NCBI GenBank assembly: GCA_965228735.1
Contig: OZ245838.1
Coordinates: 3,296,001 to 3,360,000 of the forward strand
Direction: 5' to 3'
DNA: 64,000 nt
DNA from: Planctomycetota bacterium
Lineage (GTDB): Bacteria > Planctomycetota > UBA1135 > UBA2386
Part shown: one piece after another, positions 10,015-21,616 of the stretch
How the letters are laid out: each line of letters opens with the position of its first letter
Numbering within the stretch: the stretch's first letter is position 1
Notes under the pieces: generated by a model
Databases searched by the model: none
What the model was told of the DNA's origin: nothing
What the model saw: only the letters and a program-made list of their open reading frames with translations
Position numbers and translations under genes: made by a program

Positions 10015-10623
10015 TCAGCCGCCGAATCGATCGCGCACCACGACTTCGTCGAGCGTGAGCTGACCGGGCTTCGGCCACGGGTCCTTCGTTCCGCGCCCGA
10101 CCGCGACCATCGGGCCGATGACGTGATCCGCGGGCAGGTTGACGAGCTCGGCCACCTTGTCGTGCTCGAAGCCGATCATGGGACACGACTCGTAGCCCAT
10201 CGCGGCGGCCGCGACCATGATCGTCTGCATCGCCATGCCGATCGAGCGCTGGGCCTCGTCGCGCTGCAGGTCCTCCTTGCCCTCGTGGAACGGCTCCATC
10301 CAGTTCACGAGCAGTTCGGCGACCTCGCCCGGCGCGTTGCGCCAGTAGCGCTGCGGCTCCTTCGCCCACGCCTTCGTGTCGGCGGTCATGAGAATGAGCA
10401 ACGACGCATCCGTCATCTGGGCCTGATCGTTGCCGACCGCGCGGATCTGCCTGCGCAACTCGGGATCGCTCACGATCACGAACCGCCAGTGCTGGATGTT
10501 GAAGCTCGTCGGCGACTGGATCGCAGCCTGCATGAGCTTGTCGACCTCGGCGTCGGTCAACCGATGGTCCGGGTCGAAGTGCTTGACGGCACGGCGGGCA
10601 TAGATGGCTTCGAACGTCTCCAT
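10015..10623 (-). CDS. Nitroreductase family protein
   Basis: IYARRAVKHF, SPTSFNIQHWRF, GYESCPMIGF. Confidence 0.9.
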   Translation of the reverse strand: METFEAIYARRAVKHFDPDHRLTDAEVDKLMQAAIQSPTSFNIQHWRFVIVSDPELRRQIRAVGNDQAQMTDASLLILMTADTKAWAKEPQRYWRNAPGEVAELLVNWMEPFHEGKEDLQRDEAQRSIGMAMQTIMVAAAAMGYESCPMIGFEHDKVAELVNLPADHVIGPMVAVGRGTKDPWPKPGQLTLDEVVVRDRFGG

Positions 10624-10717
10624 GCCCCCAGATACGATGCCTTCGCGCCACGACCCACCCCCGGATTCACCGATCTCCGAAATCCAACCGCGAGTCGGGT
10701 ACGGTCTCCACTCCCCC

Positions 10718-11428
10718 ATGGTGTTCGAAACGACGCGCTGGAGCCTGATCGCCCGGGCCAACGACGACGGCGAATTGGTCGCCGCCGCGAAAGCGCTCGA
10801 CGAGCTGTGCGGCATCTACTGGCCAGCGGTCTACGCGCTGTACCGGGCCGATGGGCTGCAGCCCGACGCGGCGCGGGATCTCACGCAGGGGCTGTTCACG
10901 CATCTGCTCGAACACAGGGACTTCGGGCGCGCGGATCCGGAACGTGGCCGATTCCGCGCGTTCTTGCGCACGGCCGCGCAGCACTGGGCCAGCAACGCGC
11001 GGCGGGCCGAACGGGCCAGCAAGCGCGGCGGCGACGTCCGCACGTTCACGATCGACGCCGACGGTGAAGAAGAACGTCGCAGCCTCGAACCGCTCGAACG
11101 GCTCGACGCCGCCGCGATCTTCGAACGCCGCTGGGCCCAGGCCGTGATCGAACAGGCGCTCGCGGAGCTCGAGCAGGAAGAACGGAGCGCGGGCCGCGAC
11201 GCGCTGTGGCCATACCTGCGCCCGGCGCTAGAAGGCACGCCGCAGGAACGGTCCTGGGCCGAGCTCGCCGCCGAACTCGCGACGACCGAGGGGGCGCTGC
11301 GGGTCGCGGCCCACCGACTGCGACAACGGTTTCGGGCGCGGCTCGAGGCCGAGGTGCGGGATACGCTCGCGGACCCGGAGGCCCACGGCGAGGAGCTCGA
11401 GGAGCTGCTGCGGGCGCTGCGGCAGTAG
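10718..11428 (+). CDS. ECF sigma-70 factor (kinase-associated type)
   Basis: FETTRWSLI, LCGIYWPAVY, DLTQGLF, RGRFRAFL, FERRWA, GALRVAAHRLR. Followed directly by a Ser/Thr kinase. Confidence 0.85.
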   Translation: MVFETTRWSLIARANDDGELVAAAKALDELCGIYWPAVYALYRADGLQPDAARDLTQGLFTHLLEHRDFGRADPERGRFRAFLRTAAQHWASNARRAERASKRGGDVRTFTIDADGEEERRSLEPLERLDAAAIFERRWAQAVIEQALAELEQEERSAGRDALWPYLRPALEGTPQERSWAELAAELATTEGALRVAAHRLRQRFRARLEAEVRDTLADPEAHGEELEELLRALRQ

Positions 11429-11488
11429 CTGGCACGTTTTTTCGAGAACGAGCCGTAACGCCACCGCGATGCTGGTGCATCGGCGGTC

Positions 11489-13510
11489 ATGAACGATCCC
11501 CACGAACGCAAGTTGAACCACGAGGAGCTGCTGCGTCAGGCCATGGCGGACGCCGCCTCGGACCCGGGGACCGGCCCCGGCGCGCCGCCGCTCCCCGATA
11601 TCACGGATCTACGTGCCAGGTTCCCCGAGTTCGAGATCGTCGAGCTCGTCGGCCGCGGCGGCATGGGGGCCGTGTTCAAGGCTGTGCAGCTGCAGCTGCA
11701 GCGCGCCGTCGCGCTCAAGGTCATGCCACATGAGCTCGGCCGCGACCCCGAGTTCGGCGAACGCTTCCTGCGCGAAGCGCGCGCGCTCGCCACGCTGAGC
11801 CACCCGGGGATCATCACCGTCCACGACTTCGGCGAACGCGACGGTCAGTTCTACCTCGTCACCGAGTTCGTCGACGGCGTGAACCTGCGCCAGCTCATGG
11901 CGCTCGGCGAACTGTCGCCGGCCGAAGCGCTGCGCATCGCGCCGCAGATCTGCACCGCGCTGCAGTTCGCGCACGAGCGCGGCATCGTGCACCGTGACAT
12001 CAAGCCGGAGAACATCCTCGTCGACACGACGGGCCGCGTGAAGATCGCGGACTTCGGGCTCGCGAAGGTCGCGCGCCCCGGCGACCCGGTCGCGTTGACG
12101 CGCACCACCGCGGTGTTCGGCACGCCCCATTACATGGCGCCCGAGCAGTTCCGCGGTACGGCCGGCGTCGACCACCGCGCGGACATCTACGCCGTCGGCG
12201 TCGTGCTCTACGAGATGCTCACGGGTCAGCTGCCGATCGGCCACTTCGATCCGCCGTCCCAACGCGGCGGCGTGCCGCGCGGGCTCGACGAGGTCGTGCG
12301 CCGGGCGCTCGCGCAGCAGCCGGAGAAGCGCTATCAGCACGTTCGCGAGGTGCAGACCGACGTCGAACGGCACGCGCAGGATCTCGGATCGAACGACGCC
12401 TCGCCGGGGGCGCCGGGGACGGCGGCGTCGACCACGACATCGGCAGCGGCCACGCCCAACGGCCGTCCGCGACTCGGACTCGGCTCGTTCGCCGCGATCG
12501 CCGTCTGCATCCTGACGCTCGCCGGCCTCGCCGTCGTCCAGACGATCGCCATTCGCGAGAGGAGCGTCGAGTACAAGTACGAGAACCAGTTCCGGCGCTA
12601 CACCGCCGAGGTCGAGCTCACGGCCGACGCCATCCAGCAGGGCAGCGTGCCGCCGAACCCGCTGCCGGTCCTGCCGGACGCCCCGCCACCCGGCCTCGTC
12701 GACGGCGCCCGTGAGGTCATGCTGATGCCCGCGATCGCCTTCGGCGGCGCGCTCCTCGTGCTCGCCCTCGGCTTCGGCGCCGTGCGCCGCATCCGCAACG
12801 GCAACGGCCGCTTCTACGGCCTCGGCCTCGCCGTGCCGGTCGCGTGGGCCATCCCGCTCGGCATCGCGATCGGCCTCGCATTCGCGCCCGTCACGAGCAT
12901 CAACAACCGCGACCTCGAACGCGTCACCGGCATCGCATTCGGCGCGCTGCTGGCGGCCGGCACCGTCACGTTCCTCGTCTGGGAGGTTCGCCGCCAACGC
13001 CGCCTGCTGGCCGCCGGCGTGCGGATGCCCGGCGGCGGCTGGATCGCCACCGCCGCCACCCTTGGCGTGCTCGCGCTCGGCTTCGCCGGCAGCGTCCCCG
13101 GGTTCGTGCCGCCGGAGCCGCGCACCGTCATGCTGCCGTCGGCGATGATCGCGAGCGAACTGGTCGGCGAGTCGACGACCACGGTCCTGGAACGCCTGGG
13201 ACCGCCGCTCGGGATCACCGTGACTCGTGACACCACGACGTGGAGCTACAGCGACGCGCGGGGCCGGCCGGTCACGGACGCGCTCATCGTGAGCAACGGC
13301 GAGGTTCAGGCAACCGCCCCGGACCTCGTCGTCATCGGAGCGAGCCCGCGCACCGAACGGCCGTGGATCGGCGAGCCGCTGCGCGCGTTCGTGCAGCGGT
13401 TCGGCCCCCCGGTCCGCCGGACGACCGGCGCCCTCACGACGAGGTACGGATTCGATCACGGACTGATCGTCGCGGTGCACGACGGCATCGTGGTCAGTCG
13501 CGAGAACTGA
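11489..13510 (+). CDS. Membrane Ser/Thr protein kinase
   Basis: GRGGMG, VALK, HRDIKPEN, DFG, GTPHYMAPE, then several transmembrane segments and a C-terminal domain. Confidence 0.92.
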   Translation: MNDPHERKLNHEELLRQAMADAASDPGTGPGAPPLPDITDLRARFPEFEIVELVGRGGMGAVFKAVQLQLQRAVALKVMPHELGRDPEFGERFLREARALATLSHPGIITVHDFGERDGQFYLVTEFVDGVNLRQLMALGELSPAEALRIAPQICTALQFAHERGIVHRDIKPENILVDTTGRVKIADFGLAKVARPGDPVALTRTTAVFGTPHYMAPEQFRGTAGVDHRADIYAVGVVLYEMLTGQLPIGHFDPPSQRGGVPRGLDEVVRRALAQQPEKRYQHVREVQTDVERHAQDLGSNDASPGAPGTAASTTTSAAATPNGRPRLGLGSFAAIAVCILTLAGLAVVQTIAIRERSVEYKYENQFRRYTAEVELTADAIQQGSVPPNPLPVLPDAPPPGLVDGAREVMLMPAIAFGGALLVLALGFGAVRRIRNGNGRFYGLGLAVPVAWAIPLGIAIGLAFAPVTSINNRDLERVTGIAFGALLAAGTVTFLVWEVRRQRRLLAAGVRMPGGGWIATAATLGVLALGFAGSVPGFVPPEPRTVMLPSAMIASELVGESTTTVLERLGPPLGITVTRDTTTWSYSDARGRPVTDALIVSNGEVQATAPDLVVIGASPRTERPWIGEPLRAFVQRFGPPVRRTTGALTTRYGFDHGLIVAVHDGIVVSREN

Positions 13511-13882
13511 CCACGACACTGCCGGGCCGTCACCCTACGGATCGTGGCGCTTGTGCCACGGACCGAGCGGCCCAGTCGTCACCCCCGAGGTGCCGACCTC
13601 ACCCCACGCCCCGGCGAAGTTGCGCCACGGCGCGTCGGGCGGCGACGGCAGCAGCAGCGAAGATGCCCCCACCGCGGCGGGAGCGAACGAAAGAGAGTCG
13701 GTGCATCGGAGTTGCGATAGTGGTGAATGCGACGTCATCGCCGGTATGGAGGCTGCAGGCGCAGGTCGCGCCGAGAACCGGCCGAGATGGACGCGGGATT
13801 TCCGGTTCGCCGCCGCGCGGTTGCGAGACCCCGGCCGCGACGTTGAACTGGTGAGCTCCCATCCGGACCTGGCGCCCGAACC

Positions 13883-15886
13883 ATGCCGCAAACTCCGACC
13901 TGCATCGCTCTCGCCATCGCGCTGCTGTCCGCAGCCCCCGCCGCCCAGATCGCGCCGCAGCAGTTGCCCGCCCGGACCGCGGTCGGCGCGGGCATCACGC
14001 TGCAACGCGGCGAGACCCAGGACCCGGCGGGACGACCGCAGAGCGTCGCCGCCCTGGTCGTGGACCTCGCGACACCGGGCACGCGGCTGGAGCTCGCGCT
14101 CGCCGACGGGCTCGAACCGACCAGTCTGCTCGCGCAACGCGGCGGCGCGCTCGCGGCGATCAACGGCGGGTTCTTCACGAAGGCGCGACGACCGAGCGGC
14201 ATGTTCCGGATCGGCGGCTCGACGATCACCCCGGCCGCGACGAACCGTCAGAGCGCGTTCGTGCTGGACGACGGCGGCACGCCGGGAATCACGATCGACC
14301 GGACCGGCGAGTTCGCCGGCCCGCCCAACGTGCTCGCCGCGGGCCCGTGCCTCGTACAGAACGGCGCGTTGCCCGAAGAACGCACGTGGAGCGACGCGCG
14401 GCATCCACGCAGCGCCGTCGGGCTGTTCGCCGACGACTGCGTGCTCCTGCTCACCGTCGACGGACGCCACGCCCGCGCCGCCGGGATGACGCTCGACGAG
14501 CTCGGCGAGACGTTGATCGCGTTCGGCTGCGAGCATGGCATCAACCTCGACGGCGGCGGCTCGACGACGCTGTGGGTCTCTGGTGCGCCGCGCAGCGGCA
14601 TCGTCAACCACCCGTCGGACAACAAGGCGTTCGACGACGGCGGCGAACGCCCGGTCGCCAACGCGGTACTGGTGTTCGCCGAGCCTGCGAAGGCAGCGCC
14701 CCGTGCGAGTGCCGAGGAGCGACGTTCTCGAACGGCCCGTGACTTTCGCCTCACGCGCGAGCGACTGCTCCAACAGCTCGAGCGCCGCGTGAGCGACTTC
14801 GCGCCCGGCGAACTCGACGGGTGGATCGCTCGCGGCCTCGTCGACCGCGACCCGAACGGCGGCGATGGCTTCGCGGGGCCGACCGTGAGCAACCTGTTCT
14901 TCCGCGACACTGCGATCCGCAAGCGCCGCAAGCAGGGACGGACGCATTGGCCGATGCCGACAGCGACGCGGGAGCTCAAGTTCGACATCGAGGTCGAGCT
15001 CATCGTCCAGGCGGACGCGGTGCCGGCCGGCGAGACGATCCGCGCCTGGCTGCCGTTCCCGCAGGAGTACGAGCACCAGCGCGTGATCTCGGCGGCGCAC
15101 GGCGGCGCCGCGGCTGCCGCGCCGATGCGCGCCGTGTACCTCGAGCAGGTCGCCGAAGCGGGCCAACCGACCGTGTTCGCGACCAGCTACCGCATCGCGC
15201 GTTCCGGGGTCGAGCACGGCGCGCTCGACGCGACCAACGCCCGCCTGCCGCACTCACCCGCGTTCACGACCGAACGCCAGCCGCACGTCGTGGCGACGCC
15301 GGCCCTGCGTGAACTCGCGGATACGATCGCGCGTGACGAGACCAATCCGCTGCGGATCGCGCGCGCGATCTACGACTGGTGCGGCGACAACCTCACGTAC
15401 TCGTATGCGCGCGAGTACTCGACCATTCCCTGCATCCCGTCCGAGGTGCTCCGCACGCGCCGCGGCGACTGCGGTCAGCTCACGCTCACGTTCATGACGC
15501 TCTGCCGCCTGCGCGGGATCCCGGCGCGCTGGCAGTCCGGCTGGGTGATCCAGCCGGGCAAGGAGAACCTGCATGACTGGTGCGAGATCCGCATCGCGCC
15601 GTGGGGCTGGCTGCCCGTCGACGTGAACACGGCCGTCGAGCTCAATCACGCCGACGATCTGACCCCGGAGGAACGCGCCGCGGTCCGCGACTTCGCGTTC
15701 GGCAACCTCGACGGCTATCGGCTCGTCGTCAACCGCGACCATGCCAGGCCGCTCGTGCCAGCCAAGTATTCGGAGCGCAGCGACGACGTCGACTTCCAGC
15801 GCGGCGAGGTCGAGTGGGGCACGCCCGCCAGGAACCTCTACTACGACCGTTGGAGCTACCGCCTGCAGGCGACGGTCGTGGAGTAG
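13883..15886 (+). CDS. Secreted phosphodiester glycosidase (NAGPA-like) plus transglutaminase-like fusion
   Basis: AINGGFF, RHPRSAVG, TVDGR, NLDGGGST, RPVANA; then GDCGQ...HDWCE...WLPVD (Cys-His-Asp). Confidence 0.8.
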   Translation: MPQTPTCIALAIALLSAAPAAQIAPQQLPARTAVGAGITLQRGETQDPAGRPQSVAALVVDLATPGTRLELALADGLEPTSLLAQRGGALAAINGGFFTKARRPSGMFRIGGSTITPAATNRQSAFVLDDGGTPGITIDRTGEFAGPPNVLAAGPCLVQNGALPEERTWSDARHPRSAVGLFADDCVLLLTVDGRHARAAGMTLDELGETLIAFGCEHGINLDGGGSTTLWVSGAPRSGIVNHPSDNKAFDDGGERPVANAVLVFAEPAKAAPRASAEERRSRTARDFRLTRERLLQQLERRVSDFAPGELDGWIARGLVDRDPNGGDGFAGPTVSNLFFRDTAIRKRRKQGRTHWPMPTATRELKFDIEVELIVQADAVPAGETIRAWLPFPQEYEHQRVISAAHGGAAAAAPMRAVYLEQVAEAGQPTVFATSYRIARSGVEHGALDATNARLPHSPAFTTERQPHVVATPALRELADTIARDETNPLRIARAIYDWCGDNLTYSYAREYSTIPCIPSEVLRTRRGDCGQLTLTFMTLCRLRGIPARWQSGWVIQPGKENLHDWCEIRIAPWGWLPVDVNTAVELNHADDLTPEERAAVRDFAFGNLDGYRLVVNRDHARPLVPAKYSERSDDVDFQRGEVEWGTPARNLYYDRWSYRLQATVVE

Positions 15887-15926
15887 ATCGTAAATCGCAG
15901 ATCGCAAATCGCGGATCGTGGCTCGC
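15885..15926. repeat. Degenerate heptamer tandem repeat
   Basis: AGATCGT AAATCGC AGATCGC AAATCGC GGATCGT GGCTCGC between convergent genes. Confidence 0.65.
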
Positions 15927-15954
15927 AGCGTGCAGCCGGCGCGAGCCGAGCCGG

Positions 15955-16431
15955 CTACTTCTTCTCGCGCTCGGACCCACTCTTCTTCGCGGGCTTCTTC
16001 GCGCGCTCGGGCTTGCTCGAGCCCTTCTTGGCGGGACGCTCCTTCGGCTGCCGGGGCTGCTTCTTCTGGCCCTTCTTCTGGGCCTTCTCGCGCAGCTGCT
16101 CGACGAGCTTGTTCGCGGCGGCCTCGTCGATCGAGGCCTTCACGACCTTGAGCTTCTTGGCCTTCGGAGCGGGCAGCGTGCCTTTCTCCTTGCGGGCCTT
16201 GCGCGCCTTGACCTCGGCCTTGTGCGCTTCGACGGCGTCCTTGTGCTCCTGCTTGAGCTCGGCCTTCAGCCCGGCGACTTCATCGGCCTTCACGACGCGG
16301 TACTCGTCGTCGATCTGAACGACGGCGTGCGGGATCGGCTTGCTCTCGGGCTCCTGCGCCATGGCGGGTTGCGCCAGGGTCGCGACGGCCAGAAGGAGGG
16401 AGACAGGAACGAGGGAGACTTTGATGTTCAT
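15955..16431 (-). CDS. Secreted Lys-rich hypothetical protein
   Basis: Signal peptide MNIKVSLVPVSLLLAVATLAQPAMA, GC3-rich codons, and an upstream sigma54 motif. Confidence 0.7.
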   Translation of the reverse strand: MNIKVSLVPVSLLLAVATLAQPAMAQEPESKPIPHAVVQIDDEYRVVKADEVAGLKAELKQEHKDAVEAHKAEVKARKARKEKGTLPAPKAKKLKVVKASIDEAAANKLVEQLREKAQKKGQKKQPRQPKERPAKKGSSKPERAKKPAKKSGSEREKK

Positions 16432-16474
16432 TGGAATGGGCGCCCGGCGATCTCGAGGGCGGTCGCGCCGAGAG

Positions 16475-16490
16475 AGCAACAGCCGTGCCA
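16475..16490 (-). promoter_or_regulatory. sigma54 -24/-12 promoter
   Basis: TGGCACGGCTGTTGCT matches TGGCAC-N5-TTGCW. Confidence 0.8.
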
Positions 16491-16654
16491 CGGCGAATTC
16501 GGCCGCGGCGGGCCGCCGACCGGGCCTACCGCCACCCAACCGGACGACGGACCACTCACGGCACACCCGATCGGGTGTCCCGCCTCCGATTCCGAATCGC
16601 CGGCGGACACCGCCGCTGACCCGCCAGGCGCCGCGCGCTACCGTGCGGTCGCCC

Positions 16655-18097
<1,443 letters not shown>

Positions 18098-18119
18098 CGC
18101 GCCGCGAGTTGCCGCAGCG

Positions 18120-18135
18120 TGGCACCGAGTTTGCT
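18120..18135 (+). promoter_or_regulatory. sigma54 -24/-12 promoter
   Basis: TGGCACCGAGTTTGCT upstream of the USP gene. Confidence 0.8.
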
Positions 18136-18142
18136 CTCATAA

Positions 18143-18194
18143 GGGCATCACGTTCGGGCATCACGTCCGGGCATCGCATTCGGGCATCGCATGA
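18143..18194 (+). repeat. 4 x 13-bp tandem repeat in USP leader
   Basis: GGGCATCACGTTC GGGCATCACGTCC GGGCATCGCATTC GGGCATCGCATGA; the last unit contains the start codon. Confidence 0.85.
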
Positions 18195-18682
18195 CGACCG
18201 ACCACCTCGAGCCACCGACCGGCAACCCGAGCACGACCGCTGCGCCGCGGGCCGCCCCGGTGTTCTTGCGGCGTCCGAGACTGGCGGCGCCACCACGCCG
18301 ACTCCTCGTGCCGCTGGACTTCGCACCCGGCTGCGGCGCGGCCGTCCATGCCGCGCGATCGCTCGCCGAACCCACCACCGAGTTCCGGCTGCTGCACGTG
18401 ATCGACCCCGAGCTGTTCCGCCCGCTCGCAGCTGGCGATCACCGGATCGATGCCGACTGCACGCATCACCTGCGCGAGATCGCCGTGGCGAACGGACTGC
18501 CGGACGACCGCGTGCGCATCGAGGTGCGACGCGGTGATCCGGCGACCGCGATCCTGCAGGCGATCGTCCGCCGTTCGCCGGACGCCGTCGTGCTCGGCGT
18601 CGGACGCCTGGCGCTCGGTCCGCTGGCCCGCGCGATCCTGGAATCCGCGCCGTGCCCGGCCATCGTCGTCGAACGTCGATAG
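18191..18682 (+). CDS. Universal stress protein
   Basis: LLVPLDF, LLHVI, GDPATAI, DAVVLG, ILESAPCPAIVV. Confidence 0.8.
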   Translation: MTTDHLEPPTGNPSTTAAPRAAPVFLRRPRLAAPPRRLLVPLDFAPGCGAAVHAARSLAEPTTEFRLLHVIDPELFRPLAAGDHRIDADCTHHLREIAVANGLPDDRVRIEVRRGDPATAILQAIVRRSPDAVVLGVGRLALGPLARAILESAPCPAIVVERR

Positions 18683-18691
18683 CGCGCGCCG

Positions 18692-19888
18692 TCAGTCGCC
18701 GGGAACGACCGCAGCGCTCGGCCCGGGCCAGCTCCAGGCGATCACGTTCGTGAGGCATCGAACGGTTCCGCCGCTCGGCGCGATCGCCGCGACATCGATC
18801 GGCAGCACCGCGACCCCGACCTCCCGGAAGGCCCGAGCCGCCACCTCGTCGAGCTCCGGCAACCCGTAGGCCGGCATGTAGGCCCGGCGCCCGTCGGCCC
18901 GGCGCTCGATCACGGCGTTGTTCCAGGTCAGCACGTTGCCGTCTTCGCCGTGCACGATCGGCAGCCGCCGCACGGTCAGGCCCTGGCGTTCGAGCTCGTT
19001 GAGCACGCACTCGTAGCGCGCCAGCAGACCCGAGTGCAGCGCCACCTGCGTCCACGCGTCGAAGTCCGGCACGTTGTCGGCCGGCTCCCGCCCCAGCAGC
19101 TCGAGGCCCAGAACCGGGTCGCCGAGCAACACGGTCCGTTCATCGACGACGGTCATGAACATGTCGAGGTGCTCGTGCGGCGGCGCGGGGCGGCCGACGA
19201 CGACCAGCGGACAACCGAACATGCGCGCGAACGCCGCCTCGATGTCGTCGGTCATTCCGTTCTCCAGATTGTCGGTGACCGTCTTCCAACCGATGAACGC
19301 GTGCGTGCCGTTGCACGCGACATCGCCGCCCTCGAACGAGTAGCCGGTCGGAAAGCAACGCGCGCTGGGCGCGGCCGACGCGTGTGCCCCCGCGAGATCG
19401 CCGAGGTACTCGGGGTCGACCCGATCGATCCTCGGCGTGAGGAACGCGGACCGGTCGCCGTCACGAATCGCCACGTACCGATCCCGAGCCCACGACGTCA
19501 CGGGGCGCCCGACGACGAGCGTGCACGGTCGGTCTCGGATCGCCGGCGCTTCGAGAGCCAACGCACGCGCGAGGTGGTCGGCCTCGGCCTGGCCGTGGAC
19601 CGCGATGGAGACCCGCACCGCGGGCGGCAGCGACCGCAGCAGGTCACGGCAGGTCGGCAACCATTCCGCCATCGCGTCCGGGTCGTAGTGCAGCACGATG
19701 TGGTCGATCGCGGCGCAGCCTTCCGGGAACGGCGTCGGCGGCAGCTGGGCCGACGCCCGCGCTACCGTCACCGATGGTCGGTGCGGCAACGCCTGGAACG
19801 ACTGTGCTGCCAGCGGCACCCCGCAGGCCGCCGACGAGAGCACGGTGACAAGCCAGCGGAACCCGCCGTCCCTCATGGATCGTTTCAT
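18692..19888 (-). CDS. Secreted agmatine/peptidyl-arginine deiminase-like protein (amidinotransferase fold)
   Basis: WARD, FEGGD, HLDMF and C-terminal GGTVRCLT catalytic Cys; signal peptide. Start placed downstream of the sigma54 motif (19888 or 19876). Confidence 0.7.
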   Translation of the reverse strand: MKRSMRDGGFRWLVTVLSSAACGVPLAAQSFQALPHRPSVTVARASAQLPPTPFPEGCAAIDHIVLHYDPDAMAEWLPTCRDLLRSLPPAVRVSIAVHGQAEADHLARALALEAPAIRDRPCTLVVGRPVTSWARDRYVAIRDGDRSAFLTPRIDRVDPEYLGDLAGAHASAAPSARCFPTGYSFEGGDVACNGTHAFIGWKTVTDNLENGMTDDIEAAFARMFGCPLVVVGRPAPPHEHLDMFMTVVDERTVLLGDPVLGLELLGREPADNVPDFDAWTQVALHSGLLARYECVLNELERQGLTVRRLPIVHGEDGNVLTWNNAVIERRADGRRAYMPAYGLPELDEVAARAFREVGVAVLPIDVAAIAPSGGTVRCLTNVIAWSWPGPSAAVVPGD

Positions 19889-19900
19889 CGGCGTTGCACT

Positions 19901-19916
19901 AGCAACGCGCATGCCA
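19901..19916 (-). promoter_or_regulatory. sigma54 -24/-12 promoter
   Basis: TGGCATGCGCGTTGCT. Confidence 0.75.
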
Positions 19917-20068
19917 AACCGAGAACCGCGGAATCCGGCCCGGTTCGGTCACCCGTCGGGCGCCCGGGCCCGCGATCGGAGCCGTGACACCCGATCGGGC
20001 CCGACCGCCATCGCGCTCGGCCCGGCCGAACCGCGAAACAACCGCCGACCACGCGGAGTTGTCGTCAC

Positions 20069-20668
20069 ATGACGAACGACGCCAGTGGGCCGTTCCTCGC
20101 GCGCTGTCGCGAGCTCATCGCAGCCAACGTGGAGCGGCTGCGCGGCTACGCCGGCATCACGCCGGAGATCGCGAACCGGCGCCCGGCCGATGGCGGCTGG
20201 TCGGCCGCGCAGTGCATCGATCACGCCGTGCTGACCGTCGAGCTCTACCTGCCGTTCATGGACGAGGCGCTCGCCCGCAGTCGGCCACTCGCGACGGGCG
20301 AGGTGAAGGGTCGCGGCACGCTCGTCGGACGCGTGCTGCTCGACGCGCTCGACCCGGATCGCAAGAAGCCGCGACGGATCCGCGCTCCCGGCATCTTCGC
20401 CCCGAGCCAGGAGCCGATCGACTGGCCCGCGCTGCTCGACCGCGCGCAGACCGCCCACGATCGCCTGCTCGAGATCCTCGAGCGCGGGGCCGATCGCGAC
20501 CTCGATCGCGCACGGCATCGGACGCCGTTGTCGTGGCTGCTGCGGGTCTCCCTCGCGCAGGCCCTGCAGGTGCACGCGATCCACGTGGCCCGGCACCTCG
20601 ATCAGGCGGATCGGGTCCTCGCCGCGAGCGGTCGGGCGCCGGCCGAGCCCGCGACCGCAACGGCGTAA
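20069..20668 (+). CDS. DinB_2 family protein
   Basis: RPADGGWSAAQCIDH ... H..RHLDQA. Confidence 0.8.
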   Translation: MTNDASGPFLARCRELIAANVERLRGYAGITPEIANRRPADGGWSAAQCIDHAVLTVELYLPFMDEALARSRPLATGEVKGRGTLVGRVLLDALDPDRKKPRRIRAPGIFAPSQEPIDWPALLDRAQTAHDRLLEILERGADRDLDRARHRTPLSWLLRVSLAQALQVHAIHVARHLDQADRVLAASGRAPAEPATATA

Positions 20669-20793
20669 ACCGCGCCCTCGAGTCCGGCGTCGCGCGATTT
20701 CTCCTCACCCCGGTTATCTCGGGGGCAAACTGCGTGGGCGCGGCGTAGCCCCGGTGACCGCAAGGTCCTCGACCCCTCCGCCGGAGCCGACTC

Positions 20794-21564
20794 ATGACCC
20801 GATCCCGACCGACACCGACCCGAAACTCGCGGTCCATCGCGTTCACGTTCACCTGCCTCGCGCTGATCGCCGCACCGCTCACCGCGCAGGGCCACGGCAA
20901 GGGCGCTGGCGATCGCAGCTCCGGCAAGGCCGAGGCGCGCGCCGAAGCCCGCGCCGACAGCAAGGGGAGCGGACCCCGGACGTCGCGTTCGAGCCACACC
21001 GTGACGCACCGCGTCGTGGTCGAGAACGGCCGGACGGTCGTCGACGAACGGACCGAGAACGGCCGGCGGGTGCCGACCGGCAAGGGCCGTGGACCGGGAC
21101 TCGTGCCGCCGGTCGGCGAGCCGAGCGCGCAGATCGAAGAGCTGATGGAAAGGACGCGCCGCGAGATGGAGCGCCAGGGCGCCGGCCTGCCGCCCGCTGC
21201 CAAGGAGCGCGCCGTGCGCGAGGTGGAGCGCGCAATGGACTCGGCGCGGGCGACGGATTCGTCGCGAAGTGCAGACCGGTCGTCGTCGCGCGACTCGTCG
21301 AGTTCGCGACGCTCGACCGCTGGCAGGTCACGGTCGAAGGACACTGGCTCGCGCTCCGGCACGTCGCTGCCGCGGAACCGGAACACGAAGACTCCACGCC
21401 CGACGACCGAGGTCGACCCGGGGCTGAAACGCCCGATCACGACGCCGCGGACCGCGAAACCGAAGACCGCGAAGCCGAAGACCCCGAAGCCGCCCACCGC
21501 GAAGCCGCGCGACGCCAAGGTCCAGAAGCTCCCACCGGTCGACACCAAGGGACGCCGCCGGTGA
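20794..21564 (+). CDS. Secreted low-complexity hypothetical protein
   Basis: Signal peptide, short globular part (HRVVVENGRTVVDERTENG), then Ser/Arg-rich and TAKPK repeats. Confidence 0.6.
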   Translation: MTRSRPTPTRNSRSIAFTFTCLALIAAPLTAQGHGKGAGDRSSGKAEARAEARADSKGSGPRTSRSSHTVTHRVVVENGRTVVDERTENGRRVPTGKGRGPGLVPPVGEPSAQIEELMERTRREMERQGAGLPPAAKERAVREVERAMDSARATDSSRSADRSSSRDSSSSRRSTAGRSRSKDTGSRSGTSLPRNRNTKTPRPTTEVDPGLKRPITTPRTAKPKTAKPKTPKPPTAKPRDAKVQKLPPVDTKGRRR

Positions 21565-21616
21565 CGGAGCGCGGCCCGTGGCCGAATTCGGGAGCCTCGC
21601 GTCAGGACTCGCCGCG

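Noticed and set aside
11430..11445. TGGCACGTTTTTTCGA as a sigma54 promoter
   Set aside because: It has a good -24 box but no TTGC at -12.
13535..13738. 67-aa minus-strand ORF in the kinase/NAGPA intergenic gap
   Set aside because: No recognisable motif or convincing RBS, so it cannot be supported.
18143..18194. Short repeats as a CRISPR array
   Set aside because: The 13-bp units are contiguous with no spacers, and there are no cas genes in the window.
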